A DNA stretch of 64,000 nucleotides, taken from positions 124,001 through 188,000 of the forward strand of contig CM069142.1 in assembly GCA_035221665.1 (NCBI GenBank), read 5' to 3'. This document shows, piece by piece, positions 39,815 to 51,792 of this stretch. Numbering within the stretch: position 1 is the first letter of the stretch; every line of letters begins with the position of its first letter. Source of the DNA: Okamejei kenojei (Eukaryota). The notes beneath the pieces are model-generated. The model saw only the letters and a program-made list of their open reading frames with translations. It did not search any database and was not told the origin of the DNA. Made by a program: the position numbers and the translations under genes.

Positions 39815-41650
39815 GACATGTGAGATATGTGAAGAGAAAAAGGTTAGTTAAAACAAATGTAGGTCCCTTGCAGTCAGAAACTGGTGAATTGATCATGGGG
39901 AACAAGGACATGGCAGACCAATTGAATAACTACTTTGGTTCTGTCTTCACTAAGGAAGACATAAATAATCTGCCGGAAATAGCAGGGGACCGGGGGTCAA
40001 ATGAGATGGAGAAACTGAGTGAAATCCATGTTAGCCGGGAAGTGGTGTTAGGTAAATTGAATGGATTAAAGGCCGATAAATCCCCAGGGCCAGATAGGCA
40101 GCATCCCAGAGTACTTAGGGAAGTAGTCCCAGAAATAGTGGATGCATTGGTGATAGTTGTTCAAAACTCTTTAGATTCTGGAGTAGTTCCTGAGGATTGG
40201 AGTGTAGCTAACCCCACTTTTTAAAAAGGGAGGGAGGGAGAAAACGGGGAATTACAGACCAGTTAGTCTAACATCGGGGAATGTAGTGGGGAAAATGCTC
40301 GAGTCAGTTATGAAAGATGGGATAGCAGCACATTTGGAAAGTGGTGAAATCATTGGACAAAGTCAGCATGGATTTATGAAAGGTAAATCATGTCTGACGA
40401 ATCTTATAGAATTTTTCGAGGATCTAACTAGTAGAGTGGATAAGGGAGAACCTGTGGATGTGTTATATCTGGACTTTCAGAAGGCTTTCGACAAGGTCCC
40501 ACATAAGAGATTAGCATTCAAACTTAAAGCACACGGTATTGGGGGTTCAGTGTTGATGTGGATAGAGAACTGGCTGGCAGACAGGAAGCAAAGAGTAGGA
40601 GTAAACAGGTCATTTTCAGAATGGCAGACAGTGACTAGTGGTGTACCGCAAGGCTCAGTGCTGGGACCCCAGCTATTTACAATATATATAAATGATGTGG
40701 ATGAAGGAATTGAATGCAACATCTCCATGTTTGCGGATGACACGAAGCTGGAGGGCAGTGTTAGCTGTGAGGAGGATGCTAGGAGGCTGCAAGGTGACTT
40801 GGATAGGTTGGGTGAGTGGGCAAATGGATGGCAGATGCAGTATAATGTGGATAAATGTGAGGTTATCCACTTTGGCAGCAAAAACAGGAGGGTAGACTAT
40901 TATCTGAACGGTGACCGATTAGGAAAAGGGGAGATGCAACGAGACCTGAGTATCATGGTACACCAGTCATTGAAAGTAGGCATGCAGGTGCAGCGGGCTG
41001 TGAAGAAAGCAAATGCTATGTTGGCATTCATAGCAAAAGGATTTGAGTACAAGAGCAGGGAGGTTCTACTGCAGTTGTACAGGGTCTTGGTGAGGCCACA
41101 CCTGGAGTATTGCGTACAGTTTTGGTCTCCTAATCTGAGGAAAGACACTCTTGCCATAGAGGGAGTACAGAGAAGGTTCACCAAACTGATTCCTGGGATG
41201 TCAGGACTTCCATATGAAGAAAGACAGGATAGACTCGGCTTGTACTCGCTGGAATTTAGGAGATTGAGGGGGAATCTTATAGAGACTTACAAAATTCTTA
41301 AGGGGTTGGACAGGCTAGATGCAGGAAGATTGTTCCCGATGTTGGGGAATTCCAGAACAAGGGGTCACAGTTTAAGGATAAGGGGGAAGTCTTTTAGGAC
41401 CAAGATGAGAAGATCATTTTTCACACAGAGAGTGGTGAGTCTGTGGAATTCTCTGCCACAGAAGGTAGTTGAGGCCAGTTCATTGGCTATATTGAAGTGG
41501 GAGTTAGATGTGGCCCTTGTGGCTAAAGGGATCAGAGGGTATGGAGAGAAGGCAGGTACAGGATACTGAGTTGGATGATCAGCCATGATCATATTGAATG
41601 GCGGTGCAGGCTCGAAGGGCCGAATGGCCTACTCCTGCCCCTATTTTATA
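39815..41650 (+). mobile_element. 5'-truncated CR1 LINE with a 427-aa open RT segment (40286-41569)
   Basis: QHGF..KSCLTNL, YLDFQKAFDKVPH, GVPQGSVLGP, FADDTKL; frameshifts near 40200-40280. Confidence 0.95.
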
Positions 41651-42180
41651 TGATTCAATGACAACAGTTGTTACTTTAAGACCATTTCAGAAATTATGGC
41701 AGTGAACAAAAAATCAACTAACAAATTAAAGCAAAATAAAAAAAAATACCATGTTCCCCTTCCTGACTCTCCCTCCCTCATAAGTACTTTAACGCTGTTA
41801 ATAGAGCAAAGGGATATTAATCTCAAGAATCAAAATGGGGAAAGTGAGGGCAATATTGCATAAATGATCATTCTAAGCCCATCCAGATCTGCATAGAGAG
41901 AGTTATACAACATGTACATGGCTGGCCCAATTTGTCCATAATGATCAAGTTGGCATTCTGCGTGCCCCAGGACTGGCTGCTGTTCCCAGATCAGCTCGTG
42001 TCCCAGGGACTGGCTGCAGTTCTCAGGTCGGCTCGCCTGCCCCGACCCCACGAAAACGAATTGAAAAAACCCCGCAGTTTTTCGGGTTACGGGCCGGGTT
42101 CGGCCCGTGTGCCATAGGTCGTCAAACCCTGTCCTAGATGTTTGGCCTCATTGTGGTCCCCCCATGTTTTACAACTGATT

Positions 42181-42353
42181 CACTCACAGCCGCCAACTGA
42201 TGCGCTTCCCCAGATTGCACAGATCACTGTGATGTGGCGCAAAAGAGACAAACTGTGCAGGGACTGAAGACAGCGTGAGAATTCTGTCATCAGCGTGAGA
42301 ATTGGCTGAAATGTGTGACTCTCACGCTCAAAGTATGAGAGTTGGCAGCCCTG
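42181..42353. repeat. End of a non-autonomous DNA-transposon-like repeat; related copies at 43405-43621 and 39675-39744
   Basis: Shared ..gcgtgaga..gagttggcagccctg terminus (reverse complement CAGGGCTGCCAAC, hAT-like). Confidence 0.55.
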
Positions 42354-42369
42354 TCTAAGGCCGGGGTGT

Positions 42370-43016
42370 GACAACAGACACACAGGGAGANNNNNNNNNN
42401 NNNNNNNNNNNNNNNNNNNNNNNNNNNNNNNNNNNNNNNNNNNNNNNNNNNNNNNNNNNNNNNNNNNNNNNNNNNNNNNNNNNNNNNNNNNNNNNNNNNN
42501 NNNNNNNNNNNNNNNNNNNNNNNNNNNNNNNNCAGGGAGAAACACACTGACACACACAGGGAGACACATACACACACAGGGTGACACACACACACACGCA
42601 CAGGGAGAGACACACACGCAGGGAGACACACACACACACACACACGCACAGGGAGAGACACACGCAGGGAGACACACACACAGGGGGAGACACACACACG
42701 CACAGGGAGAGACGCACACACGCACAGGGAGAGACACACACACACAGGGAATCACACACACACAGGGAGACACACACACACAGGGAAACACACACACAAG
42801 GAGACACACACAGGGTGACACACACACACAGGGAGACACACACACACAGGGAGACACACACACACAGGGAAACACACACACAAGGAGACACACACAGGGT
42901 GACACACACACACACAGGGAGACACACACACACGGGGAGACACACACACAGGGAGACACACACACACAGGGAGACACACACACACAGGGAAACAGACACA
43001 CAAGCACACACACACA
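42370..43016. repeat. (CA)n-GGGAGA compound minisatellite, interrupted by a 142-N gap (42391-42532)
   Basis: Directly visible tandem units. Confidence 0.95.
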
Positions 43017-44022
43017 CCTTTCCTTCCCCCTCCCTCCATCCTCCGCTTCCTCCCTCCTGCCCCCACCCCTCCCTCTTTCTCCCCCTCCCACCCTGTTTCC
43101 TCCCCCTCTCTCTTTCTCCTTTCCTTCCATCCCTTTCTACATTCCCTCGTCTCTCTTTGCCTCCATCCCTCCCTTTTTTTCTTTCCCCCCTCCCTCTCGC
43201 TCCCCGGCCGCCCAATGGGGAGTCTGGCGGGCACGGTGTTGCGTGGACTGGCGGCGCTGGCGCTGCCGTGTGAGCTGTAGAGCAGGAGGAAGGGAGCGAG
43301 GCTGCAGCGGCGGCCGGCAGCGCAGCGCTTGCAGACGGCGTACAGAGGCGCTGACTGACAGCCGGCGGCTGCACATCCAACCAAGAGAGCAGAGATGCGA
43401 CGTCACTCACAGCCGTCACCGACGCGCTTCCCCAGACCGTACAGATCGCTGACATGTGGCGCAAAGAGACAAACTGCAGCAAAGATCGTATAGCTCCGCT
43501 ATAGAATCCTTGCAGTGCAGGGACTGAAGACAGTGTGAGAATTCTGTCATCAGCGTGAGGGCGTGAGAATTTGCTGAAATTAGTGAGTCTCACACTCAAA
43601 GCGTGAGAGTTGGCAGCGCTGCTGTATAATAGATAGTAGAAGTAGATAGATCGTAGATAGACAGATTGGGCTGGCCCGGGGTTATTTATTGGCAGCACAG
43701 GGGTGAGGATTGATCATATAGAGGTGTATACAATCATGAGGGGAATAGATAGGGCGAATGCACAGTCTTTTACCAAGCTTCGGAGAATCAAGAACCAGAG
43801 GAATAGGTTGAAAGTGATGGAAAGATTTCATAGGAACATGAGGAGCAATGTTTTCACATAGAATGCGGTGGGCATATGGAATGAGCTGTCAGAGGTAGTT
43901 AGGTGCATTGATAGCATTTAAAAGATGGTTTGGAGTAGTCCCAATTCCTGGAATGCCCCAATATCAAGAGTGTGGATTGATGGAATACATGGGTATATCC
44001 TTACTGTCATGGAGTAAACATA

Positions 44023-45853
44023 CAGTGCATTCAGAAAGTATTCAGACCCCTTGGGGATGATCAGCCATGATCACATTGAATGGCGGTGCTGGCTCAAAGG
44101 GCCTACTCCTGTACCTATTGTCGTTCACTTTTTCCACATTTTGTTCTCTTCTTCTTTTCGTGTCCATCTTGTGACAAATGTTGACCTCGCTGTCATCGTC
44201 AGTCATGAAAAGGACGCAAGCTTCCGGCGACAATCAGTGTGGCCATCACTTGTGGCAATAGATGATGGTGGTAGCAGAATTAGCTCGGGATACTTCCAGT
44301 TTCCAGCCACGCGATGTGGACGCTTCTGCTATGGGGCTCCACATTTTTGTTACATTACAGCCTTATTTTAAAATGGATTAAATTCATTTTTCTATCATCA
44401 ATCTACACACAAAACCCCAGAATGAAGAAGCGAAACCAGGAGAATTTATGCAAAGTAATTAAAAATAAATAAGTGAAATATTCTTGCCATAGAGGGAGTA
44501 CAGAGAAGGTTCACCAGACTGATTCCTTTCATATGAAGAAAGACTGGATAGACTCGGCTTTTACTCGCTAGAATTTAGAAGATTGAGGATGTTATAGAAA
44601 CTTACAAAATTCTCAAGGGGTTGGACAGGCTAGATGCAGGAAGATTGTTCCCGATGTTGGGGAAGTCCAGAACAAGGGGTCACAGTTTAAAGATAAGGGG
44701 GAAATCTTTAAGGACCGAGATGAGAAAACCATTTTTCACAGAGAGAGTGGTGAATCTCTGGAATTCTCTGCCACAGAAGGTAGTTGAGGCCAGTTCATTG
44801 GCTATATTTAAGGAGTTTAATGTGGCCCTTGTGCATAAAGGGATCAGGGGGTATGGAGAGAAGGCAGGTACGGGATACTGAGTTGGATGATCAGCCATGA
44901 TCATATTGAATGGCGGTGCAGGCTCGAAGGGCCAAATGGCCTACTCCTGCACCTATTTTCTATGTTTCTATCACATTGACATAAGTATTCAGACCCTTTG
45001 CTAAGACACTCAAAATTGAGGTTAGGTTCATCCTGTTTCCATTGATTATCCCTGAGATGTTTCTACAACTTGGAGTCTGCCATAATTAAATTGATTGGAC
45101 ATGATTCAGAAAAGCACACACCTGTCTATATAAGGTCCCACAGTTGACAGTGCATATCAGAGCAAAAACCAAGCCATGAAGACGAAGGAATTGTCCGTAG
45201 ACCTCCGAGACAGGATTGTGTCGAGACACAGATCTGGGGAATGGTATAAAACTATTTTTGCAGCATTGCAGGTCCATAGTGGCCTCAGTCATTCTTAAAT
45301 GAAAGAACTTTGGAACCAGCAAGATTCTTCACAGAGCCCGGCAAAACTGAGCAATCGGGGGAGAAGGGCCTTGGTCAGGGAGGTGACCAAGAACCCGATG
45401 GTCACCCTGACGGAGCTCCAGAGATCCTCTGTGGAGATGGGAGGTTTCAGAAGGACACCTATATCTGCAGCACTCCACCAATCAGGCCTTTATGGTAGAG
45501 TGGCCAGACGGATCGACGTTCCCCGTCCAACCTGACAGAGCTTGAGAGGATCTGCAGAAAAAAATGGGAGAAATTACCCAAATGCAGGTGTGCCAAGCTT
45601 GTAGCGTCATACCCAAGAAGGCGGTAATTACTGAAGTCTGAATTACTCAGCATTACTCAGTCTGAAGAAGGATTTCGGCCCGAAACGTTGCCCATCTCCT
45701 TCGCTCCATAGATGCTGCTGCACCCGCTGAGTTTCTCCAGCATTTTGTGTACCCCCAGTAATTACTGCCAGATGTGTCTCAACAAATTACTGAGTAAAAA
45801 TTTAACAAAATGTGGAAAAAGTGGAGAAATCTGAATACTTTCTGAATGCACAG
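44023..45853 (+). mobile_element. Internally deleted Tc1/mariner element (second family) carrying nested insertions
   Basis: TA-CAGTGCATTCAGAAAGTATTCAG left end and matching right end; MKTKELSVDLRDRIVSRH transposase start at ~45176; nested CR1 (44480-44970), a TSD-flanked insert (44146-44337) and a short repeat (45660-45755). Confidence 0.85.
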
Positions 45854-47160
45854 TATCCATAGCCATCATACAGTTTTGGTTTAGTTTAGTGATACAGCAT
45901 TGAAACAGGTCCTTCCGCCCTTTGAGTCCACACTGACCATCAATCTCCCATTTACACTGGTCAAATCCAACTTTATTCTCTCCCCATTGTTCTCAATTCC
46001 CCACAGATTCTACTACGTCCTACACACTACAGGCAATTTACTGAAGCCAATTAACCCTCAAACCTGTACGTCTTTGGGATGTAGGGGGGGAATTTGGAGC
46101 ACTCGGAGGAAACCCACGCGGTCACAGGGAGAATGTGCAAACTCCACACACACACACAGTCAGCACCTGAGGTCGTGATTGAACCTGGGTCGCTGGCGCT
46201 GCGAGGCAGAAACTTTACCCGCTGTGCCACTGCTGACTGGGCAATTTCACTTTGCTCACTCAAATGTATGAAGCAAATATATTTGCCAAATTGCCACATA
46301 AAAATTCTCTTAGAATAGACAGGGGTAGGTCGGTCTTATATCCAGAATTGGAGACTCATATATAAATCAGGCCTTTATTATAAACATTAAAATGAATAGT
46401 GGAATTCTGTCAAAATCCAACCAATATTAATTCAAATCAAAAGATAAAACTCAAACACAGGAAATAATTGGGAATATATTTTTAATAAAATCAACTTTTG
46501 TGAAGTTAATTCCTAAAAATAGAAAAATAATTAACGTTTAGAATTTTCTTCAGAAACCTTAATGAATTATTAAAAATAATCATAATTGGCAACTTAAAAT
46601 ATAAATTGAATGAAATAAACCATACCAAATGATACACAATACGGCTTTTCCTTACAAAGTTCTTTTTTGATGTTTCTGGCAGAAACATTATCTCCTACCT
46701 ATCAAACATCCAGTAACATTGTCATTCCCACATTGCGTACAAACTCTCTCATGTAACATGAAGGCAGCCTAATTTCATCCAATTTGCAAAACATACAATA
46801 TTCACTTGTCTTAAATCAGTTCAGAATGAAGATTTAGTTAAAATAATGTATGTTAACTTAATCAAACTTAAAAGCTCAATAAAACTATTAATGAGGCTTT
46901 AATGTAATGCAGTGCGGTAGAACTATCGGCTGTGAACCCAATGCAGACCCAAATTTATTGTTGTAAATGAATCATTATTCAATCCAACGGAAGCATGCAG
47001 GGGACAGGTGTCTCTAAATGTTAGAGTGTACCCATCATCATTTCATCTAGGGTGTCTTCACACCTTTCCACTGCATTCTTGGACAGTATAAAGATTCATT
47101 GATACTGTATCCCATTAATAGCTGGCAGAAAGTGATGTGACCAACTAATTCCACACAGGT

Positions 47161-47617
47161 TGTCATCCCTGATCAACTGGACTCAGACAACTTGCGTTAG
47201 TTTCCCAAACACTCTTTATTTGCGTGCGCACGAGAAGAGCAACACAGTCCCAGTTACCGCACTACTCTGAAATTCTGCTTGGAAGTGTTGACTTTTATAC
47301 ACATTCTGACCGATTGAAATCTTGCGCACTCTCCAAATTCTTATCACCAATCACAATACGCTCATAAAAGCACTAATATCAAATTAAAAACTGCATACAT
47401 TTCAATCCTCTATTTGCATTTAATCAGTAAGATAACTCTCTTGGACCTTGTGCTGTATGGTTAGAGCCTGTTGCATGTCAAAAGAACAAATCTCCAGGAC
47501 CTGTGCTGTACAGCTATCACAGCCTGTGCATCACAGGCTAATGCTCAAGGATCTTTAGCTGTACACCTGTAGCTGGTTGCACGCTACCTTAATCTTTCTC
47601 ATACGGCAGTTTCCACA
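47161..47617 (-). mobile_element. Solo LTR with 4-bp TSD (AGGT)
   Basis: TG...CA termini; AGGT at 47157-47160 and 47618-47621; minus-strand TATAAAA (~47293-47299) upstream of AATAAA (47215-47220). Confidence 0.8.
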
Positions 47618-49532
47618 AGGTCAAGATTGAAATATTCATAAAACATTCATGAAATATCAGAATATTGAAAAAAATCAACAGCACAGAACATGCGTCTAAA
47701 CCAGTTACATAGGATTTCTAGTTTTCCATTAAAATTAAACTTAATCGCCTTAAACCTATGCTCTCTGATTAACCCTGGGAAAGACTGTGCATTAAAATTA
47801 TATATGATTAAACATTTCAATTAGCACAATGAATATACTGCAATGAACACTGCAGATACTGGAAATCCAAAACAAAAGCAGAAAATATTATCATTGGGAA
47901 GAGAAACAGAGTGGATACCTGTCAAGGTTTCAGAACGAGAAAAATAAGAAAATAAACATTTTTAAAATAGTTGGCTTCCAGCGGGTAGAGCTGCTGCTTC
48001 ACAGCGCCAGAGACCCGGGTTCGATCCAGACCTCAGGTGTTGTCTGTGTGTGGAGTTTGCAATTGTGTTTGCTCCGGGTGCTCCGGTTTACTGCCACATT
48101 TCAAAGATGTGTGGGTTTGTAGGTTAATTGGGTGTAAAGATGCCCCAGGTGTGTAGGGAGTGGATACGATAGTGAACGAGTGTGAACGGGTGATCGATGA
48201 TCGGCATCGAGAGAATGTCTGTGATAGATTGGAGACCAAACCTGCCTACATAAAAACCGGGAGTTATATTTTTAAGTTTCAAAGAGACAGCATGGAACAG
48301 GCCCTTTGGCCCACCGAGTCCATGACGACCATCGATCACCTGTACATTAGTTCTACGTTATCTCACTTTCGCATCTATATGGGCCGATTAACCTACAAAC
48401 CTGCATGTCTTTGGGATGTGGGAGGAATTTGGATTACCCAAAGGAAAAACACATGGTCACAGGGAGAACGTGCAAACTCCACACAGTCAGGATTAAACTC
48501 GGGTCTCTGGCACTATAAGCAGCTACTCTGGCACTGCGTCACTGTGAGGAGGAGGTTCAGGCAGAGGATGACGTGGATCTCATTTAAGGTCCATGTCCGA
48601 GTGAGGCACGGAGCTGCAGGAGAGGGCGAGCGAGAGACGACTGGTGCCCAGTGCATGGCGCAGAGAGTAGAACTTGGAGCATGGATGGGGTGTGTAGCAA
48701 GTGGTGGTGAGTAGGGTCCAGGTACCTGGGATCCAGGAACCTAGAGGCCTCGAATTGGAACTGGAAGCCATGTGGAACAACTGTGCAGTGAAGGCAAGTG
48801 CTGAGGAAACACACGTGGCTATATTATCGACGGCAGGAGGAACTTGAGGGGCAGCAGTGAGAGAGAGAGTGTGGCTGAATTTAAACAATAACATTTAGTT
48901 GTGTTTAGCGATACAGCACGGAAACATGCTCTTCGGCCCACCAATTCGGCGCGGACTAGTGATCCCCGTACACTAACACTATCCTATACACGAGGGACAA
49001 TTTACAATTCTACCAAAGCCAATTAGTCTACAAACCCGTACGTCTTGGAGTGTGGGAGGAAATTGGAGCTCCCAGAGAAACCCACACAGGGCACGGGGAG
49101 AACGTACAAACTCCGTGTAGCCAGCACCCATAATCAGGATCGGGCTCGGGTCTCTGGCGCTGTAAGGCAGCAACTCTCCCGTTGTGCCACCGTGCCACCT
49201 ATTTCTTTATTAAATTTGGCGGTCAGGCCCTTAAACATCTTACGGGACGATGATCCACAACAGACACCAACAGCAGGAACAACATCTCGCAGAGCTTCTT
49301 TTGGATTACAAATAAGCACTGTCGTGTCTTAATCCCATCACAAAGCGGAGAACAGCTTCAAAGTAGACATACAGTACATGGCAGCTGAGAATCCCGAGTA
49401 GTCACATGAATGCACAGAGATATCTACACGACGGTCTACATTTGATCATTCTTTGTTAAAGAAGGAACTGCAGATGCTGGAGAATCTAGGGTACACAAAA
49501 GCCTGGAGAAGCTCAGCGGGTGCAGCAGCAGA

Positions 49533-49563
49533 CTGAAGAAGGGTCTCGACCCGAAACGTCGCC
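49533..49563 (+). ncRNA. Minimal type I hammerhead ribozyme-like motif in a Penelope-associated repeat (representative)
   Basis: CTGAAGA-A-GGGT/CTCG/ACCC-GAAA-CG-TC. Confidence 0.65.
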
Positions 49564-49970
49564 TATCTCCTTCGCTCCTTAGATGCTGCTGCACCCGCTG
49601 AGTTTCTCCAGCCTTTTGTGTACCTTTGATCATTCTTTGCCTTTGCTTTTTTTTGTGGACAAAATGGTGTCATTAATCTACACGTTTCTTAATGTCGGTG
49701 TCATAAGCTGTTTATGGACCTGATCCTAAAAGCTGTTTCTCAGCACACATGGTCAACCGATCAAGATCTTCAGATTGAGTGTGTCTGTGTGTGTCTGTGT
49801 GTGTGTGGGGGGGGGGGGAAGAGAAAGCTGGAAGAGAGTAGTGGGCAGGATAAAGCCTGGCAAGTGATAGGTGGATACAGGGAAGAGGTGGGGCGGGGAT
49901 TTGGGTTTGATTGGCAGACAGGTGAGCAAAAGCCGGAGATGAAAATACAAAATATCATTTGATTTTTGAT

Positions 49971-50023
49971 TTATAAATCTGAAGGTTTTTTTCCATCATC
50001 CACCCGGATTGACTGATGTCCAT
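49971..50023 (-). CDS. Candidate terminal exon of B7-like gene B (NGHQSIRVDDGKKPSDL*)
   Basis: Strong acceptor ttttctttattttcag; phase-1 compatible with the C exon; no homology support. Confidence 0.4.
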
Positions 50024-50635
50024 CTGAAAATAAAGAAAATGGACAAAAAAAAATCAAAATTTGCCCTGCTAATGCTGTTCAGACACAGGTTAGCACTGTA
50101 AACAATAATAATAACATTACAGTAAACTCTCTTTATGAAGGACCATGGGGGGGGGGGAGAATGGTAGTGAGGGAGAATGGTATCGCTTATTACCAATTGT
50201 TTGCTATAACTGAGTAAGGGATTATCATTGTATAAGTGTTGGAGTAACACAGCGGGTCAGGCAGCATCTCTGGAGAACATGGACAGGTGATGTTTCGGAT
50301 CGGGACCCTTCCTCAGACTCTTGGTCGGGAACTGGGTCTGGAATCCAGGTGGGTGCTGGCAGCCGGCGGAGAGGCGAGGATGGGCAAGGTGAATGGTCGC
50401 GGCCCGCGGGCAGCCGGATTGCAGGTAAAGGCCGTCGGTGGCGTGGCTTTTTAACTGTACCTCGGTACACATGATAATTTGAGCTTTTTTGAATTTTGAA
50501 CTGTGCACCTCCTCGATTATCTGTGATCCAACCAACTACATAATCGGGTGATTCTTCAGTAAGTGTCTACTTTTAAATTTCTGGAAACCCGAATATAAAA
50601 CTTAAATTTTGCAACTTTGAACGTTGTTTCGCAAA

Positions 50636-50905
50636 GGGACAGAGGTTTCGGGGTAACGTGAGGGGGAACTTCTTTACTCAGAGGGTGGTGGCTGTGTGGA
50701 ATCAGCTTCCAGCAGAAGTGGTGGAGGCAGGATCGATTTTAACATTTAAGAGTAAAGTGGATAGGTATATGGACGTGAAGGGAATGGAGGGGTATGGTCT
50801 GAGTGCAGGTAGATGGGACTAGGGGAAAACAAATGGTCGGCACGGACTGGAAGGGCCGAGAGGGCCTGTTTCCGTGCTGTAATTGTTATATGGTTATATG
50901 GTTAT
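50636..50905 (+). mobile_element. CR1 (second subfamily) 3' end
   Basis: Near-identical to 59540-59808; ATATGGTT tail. Confidence 0.88.
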
Positions 50906-51420
50906 AGGTGAACATGTCATGTTTTTATGAGGAACACTGCAAAATATAACTGATTTACGAATATAAAATAAAAATGTAGTCGCAGTCTTTCAAATTATAA
51001 TCTTCCTCAAATAAACCAGCAAAAATAAAACATTTTCAGTCTAACGCATTGATTTTAAACCTTTGTAACAGTTTACTGCTGAAAAAAGTGGTGATTTTCA
51101 GCAAGAATGCTAACCTTCACATAACTTTTCACCAACTTCCTCTAAAACAATATTAACCTTCAGATGAATAGGCAGAAGCATACTGTTATTACAATTACAA
51201 TTGATAATTATGGTAATTGTTGTATTATTTTACACATTATGAGCATAAAATACTCGTGTGACGGATATGACTCAGCACGGTGGAGATGATCAAGTTGGGG
51301 AGCGTCGCATGATGGAGATGACTAAAACTATCTTTAGGGTTGGAGCTGGGGCTGGAGTTAGGGCTAGATCTAGAGCTGGGGCTAGGGCTAGGGCTAGGAT
51401 TAAGGTCGGGGCTGGGGCTA

Positions 51421-51792
51421 CTTACCCCCGAACTCCATCTCCAGCCGGACACAAGGACGTTGCATCTTCCCGTGACCCGATATCCCTCTCCATGCCCGGC
51501 CGTCTTCACCCCTTGGTTTCCCCCCCCCCCCCCCCAACCGGGGAACAAGGGCTGAAGAGGGTCTCGACCCGAAACGTCGCCCATCTCCTTCGCTCCTTAG
51601 ATGCTGCTGCACCCGCTGAGTTTCTCCAGCTTTTTGTGTACCCTCGATTCTCCAGCATCTGCAGTTCCTTCTTTAAAAAAAAAAGGGCTGAAGAGGGCTG
51701 GGCATGGAGAGGGACTTCAGGTCACGGGAAGATGCGACGGCCTTGTGTCCGGCTGGAGCTGTAGCTGGAGCTGGATGGAGATCGGGGTTAAG
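51421..51792. repeat. GC-rich foldback palindrome interrupted by a short retro-insertion
   Basis: Arms ccagccggacacaagg..ccctctccatgccc and its reverse complement; 15-bp TSD around the insertion. Confidence 0.85.

Noticed and set aside
42180-43698. Long ORFs (316, 447, 230, 210 aa) rich in CV or TH
   Set aside because: Translations of a CA-rich minisatellite plus an N gap
49244-49435. Possible TM or leader exon for gene B
   Set aside because: GTAAG donor present, but no phase-compatible frame gives a convincing hydrophobic segment
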